Made by a program: the position numbers and the translations under genes
Notes under the pieces: generated by a model
Told to the model about the DNA's origin: nothing
Database searches by the model: none
What the model saw: only the letters and a program-made list of their open reading frames with translations
In this document: one piece after another, positions 28,146 through 36,940 of the stretch
How the letters are laid out: every line of letters begins with the position of its first letter
Position numbering within the stretch: the stretch's first letter is position 1
Source of the DNA: Actinocrinis sp.
GTDB taxonomy: Bacteria; Actinomycetota; Actinomycetes; Streptomycetales; Catenulisporaceae
Length of the DNA: 64,000 bases
Assembly: GCF_035605935.1 (NCBI RefSeq)
Contig: NZ_DATNGK010000266.1
Span: 24,688-88,687, forward strand
Direction: 5' to 3'

Positions 28146-29591
28146 TCAGGACGGCGGGCGCGTCATCCCGAGCACGTCGAGCAGTTCGTCAAGGCGCTGC
28201 TCGCTGATCGCACCGGATTTGACGTGACCGCGGTCGATGACGGCCTGCCGGATCGTCGTGCCCTGCGACAGCGACTGCTTGACGATCTTCGCCGCCTCCT
28301 CGTAGCCGACGATCCGGTTGAGCGGCGTGACGATCGACGGCGAGGACTGGGCGTGCTCGCGCAGCCGGTCCACGTTGGCTTCGATGCCTGATACGCACCG
28401 CTCGGCCAGCAGCCGCGCCGAGGAAGCCAGCAGCCTGATGGACTCGAGCAGGTTGCGCGCCAGCACCGGCAGCGTGACGTTGAGCTCGAACTCGCCCGAG
28501 GCGCAGCCGAAGGCGACCGCCGCGTCGTTGCCGACCACCTGGATGCACACCATGCGCACCGCCTCCGGGATCACCGGATTCACCTTTCCCGGCATGATCG
28601 AGGAACCGGGTTGCAAATCCGGCAGCGCGATCTCGCCGAGTCCGGCCCGCGGCCCAGAGCCCATCCAGCGCAGATCGCCGCAGATCTTGAACAGGGCGAG
28701 GGCAAGGGCACGCAGCTGGCCCGAGCACTCGGCGAGCGCGTCGCGCGAGCCCTGCGCCTCGAAGTGGTTACGCGCCTCGGTGAAGGGCAGGCCGGTGTCC
28801 TCGGCGAGCCGCGCCACCGCGGTCTCGGCGAAGCCGGGCGGAGCGTTGAGGCCGGTACCCACCGCGGTACCGCCGAGTGGCAGCTCGGCCAGCCTGGGCA
28901 GCGCGGACTCGAGCCGCTGCACCGCGCGGCGGACCTGCGCCGCGTAGCCGCCGAACTCCTGGCCGAGGGTGACCGGCGTGGCGTCCATCAGGTGCGTGCG
29001 CCCGGCCTTGACCACCTCGGCGAACTGCGCGGCCTTGGTCGCCAGCGCGTTCTCCAGCAGGTCGAGCGCTGGCAGCAGGTCACGCACCAGCAGGTCGGTG
29101 GCCGCGACGTGAATCGACGACGGGAACACATCGTTCGAGCTCTGCGACGCGTTCACCTCATCGTTCGGGTGCACCGGCCGGCCGAGCCGTTCGGCCGCGA
29201 GCGTCGCGATGACCTCGTTGGCGTTCATGTTGGAGGAGGTACCGGAGCCGGTCTGGAAGACGTCGATCGGGAACTGCTCGTCCCAGCGGCCGTCCGCCAC
29301 CTCGGTCGCGGCGGTCCTGATCGCCTCGGCCAGGTCGGGCTCGAGCACGCCGAGCTTTCCGTTCGCGGCCGCCGCCGCTGCCTTGATCCGGCCGAGCGCG
29401 CCGATGTGCGCCCGTTCGAGCCGCAGCCCGGAGATCGGGAAGTTCTGGACCGCGCGCTGCGTCTGCGCCCGCCACTTGGCGTGCTGCGGGACCAGGACTT
29501 CACCCATCGAGTCGTGCTCGACGCGCATGCCCTCGCGCGACTCGACGCGCCCGCGATCGCCGCCGGTCACGGCGGCGTCGTCACTGTTCAT
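28146..29591 (-). CDS. fumC: Class II fumarate hydratase
   Basis: Motifs are '[10 protein letters not shown]....W.AQTQRA..NFPISG', '[10 protein letters not shown]' and the signature '[11 protein letters not shown]'. The ATG at 29591 is preceded by AGGAGGAGG. Confidence 0.9.
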   Translation of the reverse strand: MNSDDAAVTGGDRGRVESREGMRVEHDSMGEVLVPQHAKWRAQTQRAVQNFPISGLRLERAHIGALGRIKAAAAAANGKLGVLEPDLAEAIRTAATEVADGRWDEQFPIDVFQTGSGTSSNMNANEVIATLAAERLGRPVHPNDEVNASQSSNDVFPSSIHVAATDLLVRDLLPALDLLENALATKAAQFAEVVKAGRTHLMDATPVTLGQEFGGYAAQVRRAVQRLESALPRLAELPLGGTAVGTGLNAPPGFAETAVARLAEDTGLPFTEARNHFEAQGSRDALAECSGQLRALALALFKICGDLRWMGSGPRAGLGEIALPDLQPGSSIMPGKVNPVIPEAVRMVCIQVVGNDAAVAFGCASGEFELNVTLPVLARNLLESIRLLASSARLLAERCVSGIEANVDRLREHAQSSPSIVTPLNRIVGYEEAAKIVKQSLSQGTTIRQAVIDRGHVKSGAISEQRLDELLDVLGMTRPPS

Positions 29592-29621
29592 GCCGGTCAC
29601 CTCCTCCTACCATCCTCACCT

Positions 29622-30824
29622 ATGACCGCTTCCGATGTCCCGAACCCGGTCCCCGCGAAGGATTGGTCCGCGTTCCAGTTCGAGATCTACCTCAACGGCC
29701 TGGCCGGCACGGTGCCGCGGCTGCCGACCGACCTGACCCGGCTGGAGGAGATCGCCGAGCGGCGGCTCGGTCCCGGGCCGGTCGGGTATGTCGCGGGTGC
29801 GGCGGGCGACGGGAAGACGGTGCGGGCGAATCGGGAGGCGCTGGACCGGTGGCGGATCGTGCCGCGGATGCTGCGCGACGTGCGGCAGCGTGACCTCTCA
29901 GTCGAGCTGTTCGGCACGCGCGTGCCCGCTCCGGTCGCGCTGGCACCGGTGGGCGTTCTGTCGATCATGCATCCGGATGCCGAGCCGGCGGCGGCGCGCG
30001 CCGCCGCCGCGCAGGGACTGCCGTTCATCCTGTCTACGGCATCGAGCACGACGCTGGAGCAGGTGGCTGAGGCGATGGACAGTGTCAGCGCTGCGGCTGA
30101 ACGATGGTTTCAGCTGTACTGGCCGAAGGATCGCGAGGTGACTGTCAGCCTGCTTACTCGTGCGGCGAAGGCCGGCTACCGGGTCCTGGTCGTCACCTTG
30201 GACACCTGGCTGCTGGCCTGGCGACCGCGCGACCTGGACCAGGCGTATCTGCCGTTCCTGCGCGGCGTCGGCACCGCCAACTACTTCTCCGATCCGGCGT
30301 TCCAGGCCGGGCTGGCCAAGCCGGTGCACGAGGACTTGAACGCGGCGGTGCTGCACTTCGCGCAAATGTTCGCCGATCCCGCGAAGACTTGGGCGGATCT
30401 GGCGTTCCTGCGCGAGCACTGGGACGGACCGATCGTGCTGAAGGGAGTTCTGCATCCAGACGACGCCCGGCGCGCCGCGGACGCCGGAATGGACGGCCTG
30501 GTCGTGTCGAACCACGGTGGCCGGCAAGTCAACGGCTCGATCGGCGCGGCGGACGCGCTGCCGGGGATCGCGCGGGCGGTCGGCGACCAGATCACTGTGC
30601 TCTTCGACAGCGGCGTGCGCAGCGGCGACGACGTGTTCAAGGCCCTGGCGCTCGGCGCGCAAGCGGTGCTGCTGGGCAGACCGTATGCGTACGGGCTCGG
30701 GTTGGACGGACAAGCGGGGGTCGAGCATGTGCTGCGGTGCCTGCTGGCCGAGTTCGATCTCACCCTCGCCTTGTCGGGCTACACCGAACCCGGCCAGCTG
30801 ACGCCGGACGCGCTAGTACGTTAA
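29622..30824 (+). CDS. FMN-dependent alpha-hydroxy-acid oxidase family, lactate 2-monooxygenase-like
   Basis: From memory, it aligns closely along its length to the mycobacterial lactate 2-monooxygenase: 'FEIYLNGL.G..P.LP', 'YVAG.AGD..T.RAN.EA...W.IVPRML', 'LDTW..(A/G)WRPRDL', 'FLRG', 'ILKG..HPDDARRA.D.G.DG..VSNHGGRQ' and 'GRPYA.G'. The ATG at 29622 lies within ORF 28611..30824. Confidence 0.85.
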   Translation: MTASDVPNPVPAKDWSAFQFEIYLNGLAGTVPRLPTDLTRLEEIAERRLGPGPVGYVAGAAGDGKTVRANREALDRWRIVPRMLRDVRQRDLSVELFGTRVPAPVALAPVGVLSIMHPDAEPAAARAAAAQGLPFILSTASSTTLEQVAEAMDSVSAAAERWFQLYWPKDREVTVSLLTRAAKAGYRVLVVTLDTWLLAWRPRDLDQAYLPFLRGVGTANYFSDPAFQAGLAKPVHEDLNAAVLHFAQMFADPAKTWADLAFLREHWDGPIVLKGVLHPDDARRAADAGMDGLVVSNHGGRQVNGSIGAADALPGIARAVGDQITVLFDSGVRSGDDVFKALALGAQAVLLGRPYAYGLGLDGQAGVEHVLRCLLAEFDLTLALSGYTEPGQLTPDALVR

Positions 30825-30871
30825 TGCGCTGACGCAATAACGCGCGAGCACTGAGTCGTCCTTGCAGATGG

Positions 30872-31528
30872 TTATCGCTTGGCTGAGATCGTCGCAGGCT
30901 TCTTCTTCGACGGGTGCTTTTGCGCTGCGGCCCGCATGGAGGCGGCGTGGCCGTCCCCGTTCTTCACGGCGGCCTGGCTCGGCAGCGGCCCGAAGATAAG
31001 GTTGCCCGGCGCCTGCGGGTCATCGCTGGTGTAGAACTCGCGGATCGCCTGCTGCACCTCCTTGACGTCCAGCAGGCCATCGCCGTTGCGGTCCACCGCC
31101 CGGAACGCGCGTTCCGCGTCGTCCGCGCACACGCCGTACGCGTTGAACCAGGTGGTGAGTTCCTCGATGTCCAGCGTGCCGCTGTCGTCGGCGTCGATGA
31201 GGTCGAAGATGGTCAGCGCGATCGGGCCGATGATCCGGTCATAGCCCTCCTCGGCCTCCAGGATGACCCGCTCGCAGGAAGCGACGAACTGCTGGCGGGA
31301 GATCATGCCGGTCTGCTGCTGGTCCATCCGGCGGCTCAGGGCCACCCACAGCCGCAGGTAGAGCACGTGCACCTTCTCGTACTGCGGCGAATCCGTCGCG
31401 AAGTCGAAGGCGCGGCACACGCTCGCCGAGGCCACGTCGTAGTCGTTCGCGGTGATGTAGCCGTCGCCGTCCATATCGAGCAGTTCGAAGCGGCGTTCGA
31501 GCTTGGCCCGCTGGAAGTCGCTGAGCAT
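30872..31528 (-). CDS. EF-hand calcium-binding protein (calerythrin/CabB-like) with a Lys-rich tail
   Basis: The EF loops are 'DMDGDGYITAND', 'DADDSGTLDIEE' and 'DRNGDGLLDVKE'. The ATG at 31528 is preceded by AAGGAG. Confidence 0.85.
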   Translation of the reverse strand: MLSDFQRAKLERRFELLDMDGDGYITANDYDVASASVCRAFDFATDSPQYEKVHVLYLRLWVALSRRMDQQQTGMISRQQFVASCERVILEAEEGYDRIIGPIALTIFDLIDADDSGTLDIEELTTWFNAYGVCADDAERAFRAVDRNGDGLLDVKEVQQAIREFYTSDDPQAPGNLIFGPLPSQAAVKNGDGHAASMRAAAQKHPSKKKPATISAKR

Positions 31529-31722
31529 GAGCACTCCTTGCCTGGCTGGGGCGCGGCGTGGCCGGGTCGCGGGCGCGACGGTCCGCTGCGCGGTTCTCGC
31601 CCTCCAGTCATCCGGGTGCGCCGCCGGGCCGCATCCCCATGCATCCACGCAGGTGAAGGCCGAACCGGTGACGCGCGGGCGCTCAGCTGCGCACCTCGGC
31701 ACGCCGCTTCAGCCGCACCGCC

Positions 31723-33366
31723 TCAACCGAGCCGCGGCTGTGCCCGATGCAGGATCGTCTTCGTGTCCGTACCGGCCGGGAGCGTGCCGAACGTGTGACC
31801 GGCGTTCCCGGCGAGGCGCGTGGCGCAGTATGCGTCCGCGACGGCTGTCGGCGCGTACCGGACCAACAGCGAGCCCTGGAGCACCGTCGCGAGCCTTTCG
31901 ACCAGCCGCCGAGCCTGGAATTCCGCTTCCGCGAGATCGGCCAGGCTGGTCAACTCGTCACGCAAACGAGCGAAAGCGGCGTCGAAGCGTGAATCTGAAC
32001 CCTGCGCCGCTCCCGCCTCCGCGAGAAACGCTTCCGCGCTTTCCGGCTCGCGGGCCAGCGCCCGCAGCACGTCCAGGGCGTTGACGTTCCCTGATCCCTC
32101 CCAGATCGAGTTGACCGGAGCTTCGCGCAGCAGCCGCGGCATCCCGGATTCCTCGACGTATCCGTTGCCGCCCAAGCACTCCAGCGCCTCGGCCGCGACC
32201 CCGATCGCCCGCTTGGTCACCCAGTACTTGCCCACCGCGACGCCGAGGCGGCGGAAGGCACGCTCGGCCGGATCCGCCGCGTCGAACGCGGCGGCCAGCC
32301 GGATGCCGAGCGCGGTCGCCGCCTGCGACTCGACCGCGAGATCGGACAGCACGTTGCGCATCAGCGGCTTGTCGATGAGTACCGAGCCGAAGGCCCGGCG
32401 GTGCGCGGCGTGATGTGTCGCCTCGGTAATCGCGCGGCGCATGATCGCGGCCGAACCCAGCACACAGTCCAGCCGCGTCATCGAGACCATCTCGATGATG
32501 GTCGCCACTCCGCGCCCCTCAGGGCCGAGCCGGCGTGCCCACGCGCCATCGAACTCGATCTCGCTCGACGCGTTGGAGCGGTTGCCGAGCTTGTCCTTGA
32601 GCCGTTGCAAGGAGATCCGGTTGCGGGTGCCGTCAGGTAACACGCGCGGCACGACGAAGCAGGTCAGACCTTCAGGCGCCTGGGCGAGGACGAGGAACAG
32701 GTCGCTCATCGGAGCCGAACAGAACCACTTGTGGCCGGTGAGCAGGTATTCGGCTTCTGCGTCGAGGGGCGCGGCCGCTGTCGTGTTCGCGCGCACGTCC
32801 GAGCCGCCCTGCTTCTCGGTCATCGCCATGCCGCACAGCAGCCCGGCCTTTCCCGCCGGCGCCCGCAGCCCGAAGTCGTAAATCAGGGACTTGAGTCCAG
32901 GCTCCCACATCGCCGCGGCCTCGGGATCGGTGCGCAGCGCGGCGATCCCGGCGTAGGTCATCGAGATCGGGCATCCATGCCCTGATTCCGCGGTGCTCCA
33001 GGCCATGAACCCGGCCGCGCGGGTCACGTGGGCTGCGGGGCCGCCGGACCAGGCGGCGCCGGCCAGGCCGTGCGAGACCGCCACTTCCATCAAGTGGTGC
33101 CAGGCCGGATGGAATTCGACCTCGTCGATGCGGTTTCCGTAACGGTCGTGCGTGCGCAGAACCGGCGTATACGTGTTCGCCTGCTGCGCCCAATGCAGGG
33201 TCCGGTGCGCTCCGGCGAGCCGGCCGAGCGTGGACAGGCCGTCGAGCGCGGCGCGGCCGCCGTGCCGGTCAACTGCCTCGACCAGGGTGTCGTCGCAGCC
33301 GAAAACGTCGTAATCCTGCAGCGGAGGCGCCTGATTCGGCGCGATGCGGGCGTCGTTGACCGTCAT
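31723..33366 (-). CDS. AidB-like acyl-CoA dehydrogenase family protein
   Basis: The 547-aa protein matches remembered E. coli AidB blocks: 'FHPAWH.LM', 'GM.MTEKQGGSDV..NTT', 'GHKWF.S.P.SD..LVLAQ', 'RLKDKLGNRSNASSE.EF' and 'PVNSIWEGSGN'. Confidence 0.88.
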   Translation of the reverse strand: MTVNDARIAPNQAPPLQDYDVFGCDDTLVEAVDRHGGRAALDGLSTLGRLAGAHRTLHWAQQANTYTPVLRTHDRYGNRIDEVEFHPAWHHLMEVAVSHGLAGAAWSGGPAAHVTRAAGFMAWSTAESGHGCPISMTYAGIAALRTDPEAAAMWEPGLKSLIYDFGLRAPAGKAGLLCGMAMTEKQGGSDVRANTTAAAPLDAEAEYLLTGHKWFCSAPMSDLFLVLAQAPEGLTCFVVPRVLPDGTRNRISLQRLKDKLGNRSNASSEIEFDGAWARRLGPEGRGVATIIEMVSMTRLDCVLGSAAIMRRAITEATHHAAHRRAFGSVLIDKPLMRNVLSDLAVESQAATALGIRLAAAFDAADPAERAFRRLGVAVGKYWVTKRAIGVAAEALECLGGNGYVEESGMPRLLREAPVNSIWEGSGNVNALDVLRALAREPESAEAFLAEAGAAQGSDSRFDAAFARLRDELTSLADLAEAEFQARRLVERLATVLQGSLLVRYAPTAVADAYCATRLAGNAGHTFGTLPAGTDTKTILHRAQPRLG

Positions 33367-33395
33367 GTCGTCAGTTTGTCATGTCGCTCCACCCG

Positions 33396-33424
33396 CTGTG
33401 GATCATCGTCGCGTAGATCCACAG
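33396..33424. promoter_or_regulatory. Inverted repeat CTGTGGATC-N11-GATCCACAG in the divergent aidB-like / WXG-operon intergenic region
   Basis: The 9-bp perfect arms were read directly. This is a candidate operator. Confidence 0.35.
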
Positions 33425-33540
33425 ACAGATAATCCGATCCTGCCGATTCGGTTCCGCGACGTCAGCGCGAGGGTCTAAGGTCTACCTGGATTCCCCAGGC
33501 GAGGAGGGGGGTTCACAGCCGAACCGGGGAGGCAAACACG

Positions 33541-33897
33541 GTGGGAAACTTTTTCCAGGTCGACCTCGACGTGCTCCAGCGCATGACCAAGACGCTGGGC
33601 GACGCCGGGGATCAGATGGAGTCCGCGCTCAAAGCGATGACTTCGTCGCAAGCGGGGCAGGTCGGCACCGAGGCGCTGAACAAGGCCGCCGACGCATTCC
33701 AGCACACCTGGCAGTACGGCCTCGGCCAGCTGCAGCAGGTGATCAAGGAGACGTCCGAGGGCGTCAAGAAGGCGCACGACGCATATAAGCAGTGCGACGA
33801 CGGCATCGAGCAGGCCATGTCGAAGATCAACAGCCAGGCCATGGGGGCCATCGACCAGGCGGTGCAGGCCGCGGCGGTGCACGGAGGGGCCAAGTGA
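33541..33897 (+). CDS. Small helical WXG100-superfamily-like protein (118 aa), first gene of a 4-gene operon
   Basis: The GTG start follows GGGGAGG. The opening 'FQVDLDVLQRMTKTLGDAG' is typical of Esx/Esp-type helical hairpins. The protein has two predicted long helices and no strict WXG ('HTWQYGLG'). Confidence 0.6.
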   Translation: MGNFFQVDLDVLQRMTKTLGDAGDQMESALKAMTSSQAGQVGTEALNKAADAFQHTWQYGLGQLQQVIKETSEGVKKAHDAYKQCDDGIEQAMSKINSQAMGAIDQAVQAAAVHGGAK

Positions 33898-35267
33898 GCG
33901 TGGTCGCGGAAGACGCAACGACGTACCCGAACCTCGGCTTCAACCCGGTACCAGGCGTGCCGGCGGATGTGGAGTCGATGAGCGCCGGCCTGGGGCAGGC
34001 GGTGTCCTCGATGCAGGAGTCCGGCTCGCTGCTCGACCAGATGCGCGACGCGGGCAGCGGGGTCTGGCAGGGCGAGGCCGGCGACAAGTTCCGTGAGCAC
34101 CTGGACACCAAGCTGGTCACCGACCTGCAGCACGCGCACGAGTCGCTCAACAACGCGGTCGGGGTGCTCAAGAGCTGGCACGGGGACCTACTCGGCTTCA
34201 AGGACGTGGCGGCCAAGCTGGACCAGGAGGCGGCCGAGGCCAAGCAGGCGGCGGCGCGCGCCGACGAGGCGGTCAAGCAGGCCGAGGCCAATCCGGACCT
34301 CAAGCTGGTCGGCCAGTTCTTCAACACCCAGGAGGCGCTCCAGGCCGCCCAGTCGCGAATAGACCAGGCGCAGGGCGCACTGCGGGACGCGGGTTCGGCC
34401 GCGCAGAACGCGCACGCCGAACTGGACTCGATCATGAAGCGGGCGCAGGAGCTGGCCGCGCAGCACGAGGCGGCGGCCCGCAAGTACGCGCAGGAACTGG
34501 AGCAGGCCACCAAGGGCCTTGCCCCGCACAAGCCGGGCTTCTTCAGCAGCCTGTGGAACGACTTCACCAGCGGCCTGAGCGCGGTGGGCAACTGGGTGAA
34601 GAACCACATCGACGTGATTCACTCGGTGCTGTCCACGATCTCCGCGGTAGCCGGCCTGATCGCGCTGTGCACCCCGCCGCCGATCGATGCGATCGCGGGC
34701 GCGGTGGCCATCGGCGCCGGAATCGGCGCGCTGGCCTGCGACCTGGCCAACCCGAAGGTGCGCGACGCCGTCGGCGGCCTGCTGACCGGCCACTTCACCA
34801 TGGACAACCTGAAGAACGCGTCCGCGATGGGCCTGGACGCGCTCAGCCTGATACCGGGCGGGAAGCTCGCGGGCGCGGCGCTGAAGGACGGCGAGGTGGT
34901 CCTCAAGGGCGCCGAAGGGATACCGACCCTGGCCGCGAAGCTCCCCGGGCTCGCCCAACTCGGCGGCGACGCGACGCGGGCGTTCGGCGACGCGGCGCAG
35001 GCCGGGGTCACCACGTTGGAGGACGGCACCAAGGCGTTCGACGCGGCCGGCAACGTGCTGCGTCAGGGCTCGAATATCGCGCACGGCCTGAGCCTGCCGG
35101 TCAAGCTCGGCGTCGGCGCGGCGAACAAGATCTTCAAGCTCGCCGACACCGCCACCGTGGACGGGGCCAAGTCGCTCGCCCAGCTCTCGCAGAACCTTGA
35201 GCTCGGCTGGAAAGCCAAGTCCGTGGTGAGCAGCCTGTACGGCGACGTGAAGCAGGCGGTGTCGTGA
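33894..35267 (+). CDS. T7SS-style effector-like protein: WXG100-like N-terminal domain + coiled coil + hydrophobic helical hairpin + Gly/Ala-rich C-terminal domain
   Basis: GTG at 33894 overlaps the upstream stop (GTGA) and follows GGAGGGG. Features are 'YPNLGFNPVPGVPADV', 'GVWQGEAGDKF' (W at nt 34065) and an Ala/Gln/Glu-rich coiled coil of ~130 aa. Two hydrophobic segments follow, 'VLSTISAVAGLIALC' and 'AIAGAVAIGAGIGALAC' (small-xxx-small zipper). Confidence 0.65.
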   Translation: MSVVAEDATTYPNLGFNPVPGVPADVESMSAGLGQAVSSMQESGSLLDQMRDAGSGVWQGEAGDKFREHLDTKLVTDLQHAHESLNNAVGVLKSWHGDLLGFKDVAAKLDQEAAEAKQAAARADEAVKQAEANPDLKLVGQFFNTQEALQAAQSRIDQAQGALRDAGSAAQNAHAELDSIMKRAQELAAQHEAAARKYAQELEQATKGLAPHKPGFFSSLWNDFTSGLSAVGNWVKNHIDVIHSVLSTISAVAGLIALCTPPPIDAIAGAVAIGAGIGALACDLANPKVRDAVGGLLTGHFTMDNLKNASAMGLDALSLIPGGKLAGAALKDGEVVLKGAEGIPTLAAKLPGLAQLGGDATRAFGDAAQAGVTTLEDGTKAFDAAGNVLRQGSNIAHGLSLPVKLGVGAANKIFKLADTATVDGAKSLAQLSQNLELGWKAKSVVSSLYGDVKQAVS

Positions 35268-35983
35268 GCACGCTCGGCAATATCCTCGACTCCGCTCCCG
35301 ACACGGAGGATCCGGACGCGCTCAACTGCTGGGTAGAGCTGCCGCCCGGCTACTTCCCGCTGCCGCTCGACGACATCGACAACGCCCTGGCCACCGCGGA
35401 GGCGAACCTGCGCGAGCTGGCTCCGGAGGAACAGCGGCCGCTGCTCGCCGCGGTGGTGGGCACGCTGATGGTGCTGCTGGAGCAGTTGCAGGAGCGCAAC
35501 GCCGCGTACTGCGGCATCGGCTGGCACACCGCCGAGGACGACACGGTCGTCCCCTCCAGCCTGGTGGTCTCGATCCAGCCATTCCCGCACAAGCGCAACC
35601 CGCGCCTGGTGATCAAGGACCTGGTCGAGGCGCGCGCGGAGGCCGGCGAACACGGCCAGGTCGACGTGGTCGACCTCAGCCGCGGCCCGGCGCTGTTCTT
35701 CGAGAGCGTGCTGACCCTGCCGCGCCCGCAGCTGCCCGGCCAGCCGCCGAACGAGCAGCCGGACGCCGAGGTCTACCAGCTCCAGGCCCTGGTGCCGAGC
35801 GCGGACGGCCGCAAGCTCGCCGCGATCGACTTCACCACGCCCGACATCCCACATGGACCGAGATTCCGGGCCATGATGGTGCTCATGGCCGACTCGGTGT
35901 CCTTCACCGCTCCTGCGGGGAGCGAGGAGGGCGGGGAGACGGCCAGGTCGATCAGCCAGATCCTTGGAGGACTCGCCCCGTGA
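35264..35983 (+). CDS. Hypothetical soluble protein (239 aa), third gene of the operon
   Basis: GTG at 35264 overlaps the upstream stop (GTGA). It has no TM or signal sequence and no motif I recognise. Confidence 0.6.
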   Translation: MSTLGNILDSAPDTEDPDALNCWVELPPGYFPLPLDDIDNALATAEANLRELAPEEQRPLLAAVVGTLMVLLEQLQERNAAYCGIGWHTAEDDTVVPSSLVVSIQPFPHKRNPRLVIKDLVEARAEAGEHGQVDVVDLSRGPALFFESVLTLPRPQLPGQPPNEQPDAEVYQLQALVPSADGRKLAAIDFTTPDIPHGPRFRAMMVLMADSVSFTAPAGSEEGGETARSISQILGGLAP

Positions 35984-36651
35984 CCGGCTCGCTCCCGTCG
36001 TGGTCGCCGCTCAACGACCCGCAGTTGTCCGCGCAGATTCAGGCCCGGCTCGCCAACGGGCAGGAGAAGACGCGGGTCGAGGCGCAACGCGATTTGTACT
36101 TCCTTGAGCGGTTCGAATGGCGCGAGTACCCCGCCAAGTGCGGACGCTGGCATTTGGGCGAGGCCGGGTCGTTCACGCTGACCGGCGGCAGCAACCTTTC
36201 GGGGCCGTGGACCAAGATGGACTGGAGCCCGGACTACCGGTGGGTGCTGCTGCTCGATCCGGCCAGCCGGCAGCCGATCGCCGCCCATATCGTCAACGAC
36301 TGGTGGGTCGAGGATCCGAAGGCGCGTCAGGTCGTGCCGGTAGCCAACGGGGTGACGAGCTTCTGGTTCGCGGGCAACCCCCTGCTCGGCGGAATGTTCA
36401 CCCCGGCCGGCAACGGCCATCGGGCAGTGTTCGGATACCGCAGCGGGCACTCGGAGGTCGCCAACTTCGTCAACTGGACGAGCGGTCCCGCCCGATTCGA
36501 GCAGCTCGCCGCTCAAGCCGCTTCGTGGACCTACACGGATAAGGTGGCGAGCGAATTCGGTCCCTGGCTCGCCGATCAGCCGCAGCAGCCGCCGCGGCCG
36601 CGCCGCTTCAGCCGCCTGGCCTGGCAGGCCACTACCCCGACGCAGCCATAG
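35980..36651 (+). CDS. Hypothetical Trp-rich soluble protein (223 aa), fourth gene of the operon
   Basis: GTG at 35980 overlaps the upstream stop (GTGA). It is Trp-rich (13 W), probably beta-rich, with a Pro/Gln-rich tail and no recognised motif. Confidence 0.6.
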   Translation: MTGSLPSWSPLNDPQLSAQIQARLANGQEKTRVEAQRDLYFLERFEWREYPAKCGRWHLGEAGSFTLTGGSNLSGPWTKMDWSPDYRWVLLLDPASRQPIAAHIVNDWWVEDPKARQVVPVANGVTSFWFAGNPLLGGMFTPAGNGHRAVFGYRSGHSEVANFVNWTSGPARFEQLAAQAASWTYTDKVASEFGPWLADQPQQPPRPRRFSRLAWQATTPTQP

Positions 36652-36664
36652 CGCCGAGCGGGCG

Positions 36665-36940
36665 CTACAGGCGGGCCGCACCCTCGCGCGCGGCTTTATC
36701 CAAGCGCAGGGCGAGGGCCGGGCAATCGGTCACCGCCCTGCGTGCGTCTGCGAGCAGCTGTGCGGGGATGGCGCGGTCCGCGATGATCGGATAACCCCAT
36801 TCGTCCAGCGCTATGTGTTCGCCGAGCAGTTCGGCGCATAGGCCGTGGCCGCTGCATCTCGTCGGGTCCAGCCGCAATCGAGCGCCCGCGCCCGAAGCAG
36901 TGCCGGAGTCTGTGGCTGCGTTCGTTGCGTGCATCGTCAT
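36665..36940 (-). CDS. Small single-cluster ferredoxin (CxxHxxC...CP type)
   Basis: The sequence 'RLRLDPTRCSGHGLCAELL......DEWGYP........A..AV..CPALALRL' fits this type. Its ATG overlaps the upstream stop (ATGA at 36937-36940). Confidence 0.75.
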   Translation of the reverse strand: MTMHATNAATDSGTASGAGARLRLDPTRCSGHGLCAELLGEHIALDEWGYPIIADRAIPAQLLADARRAVTDCPALALRLDKAAREGAARL

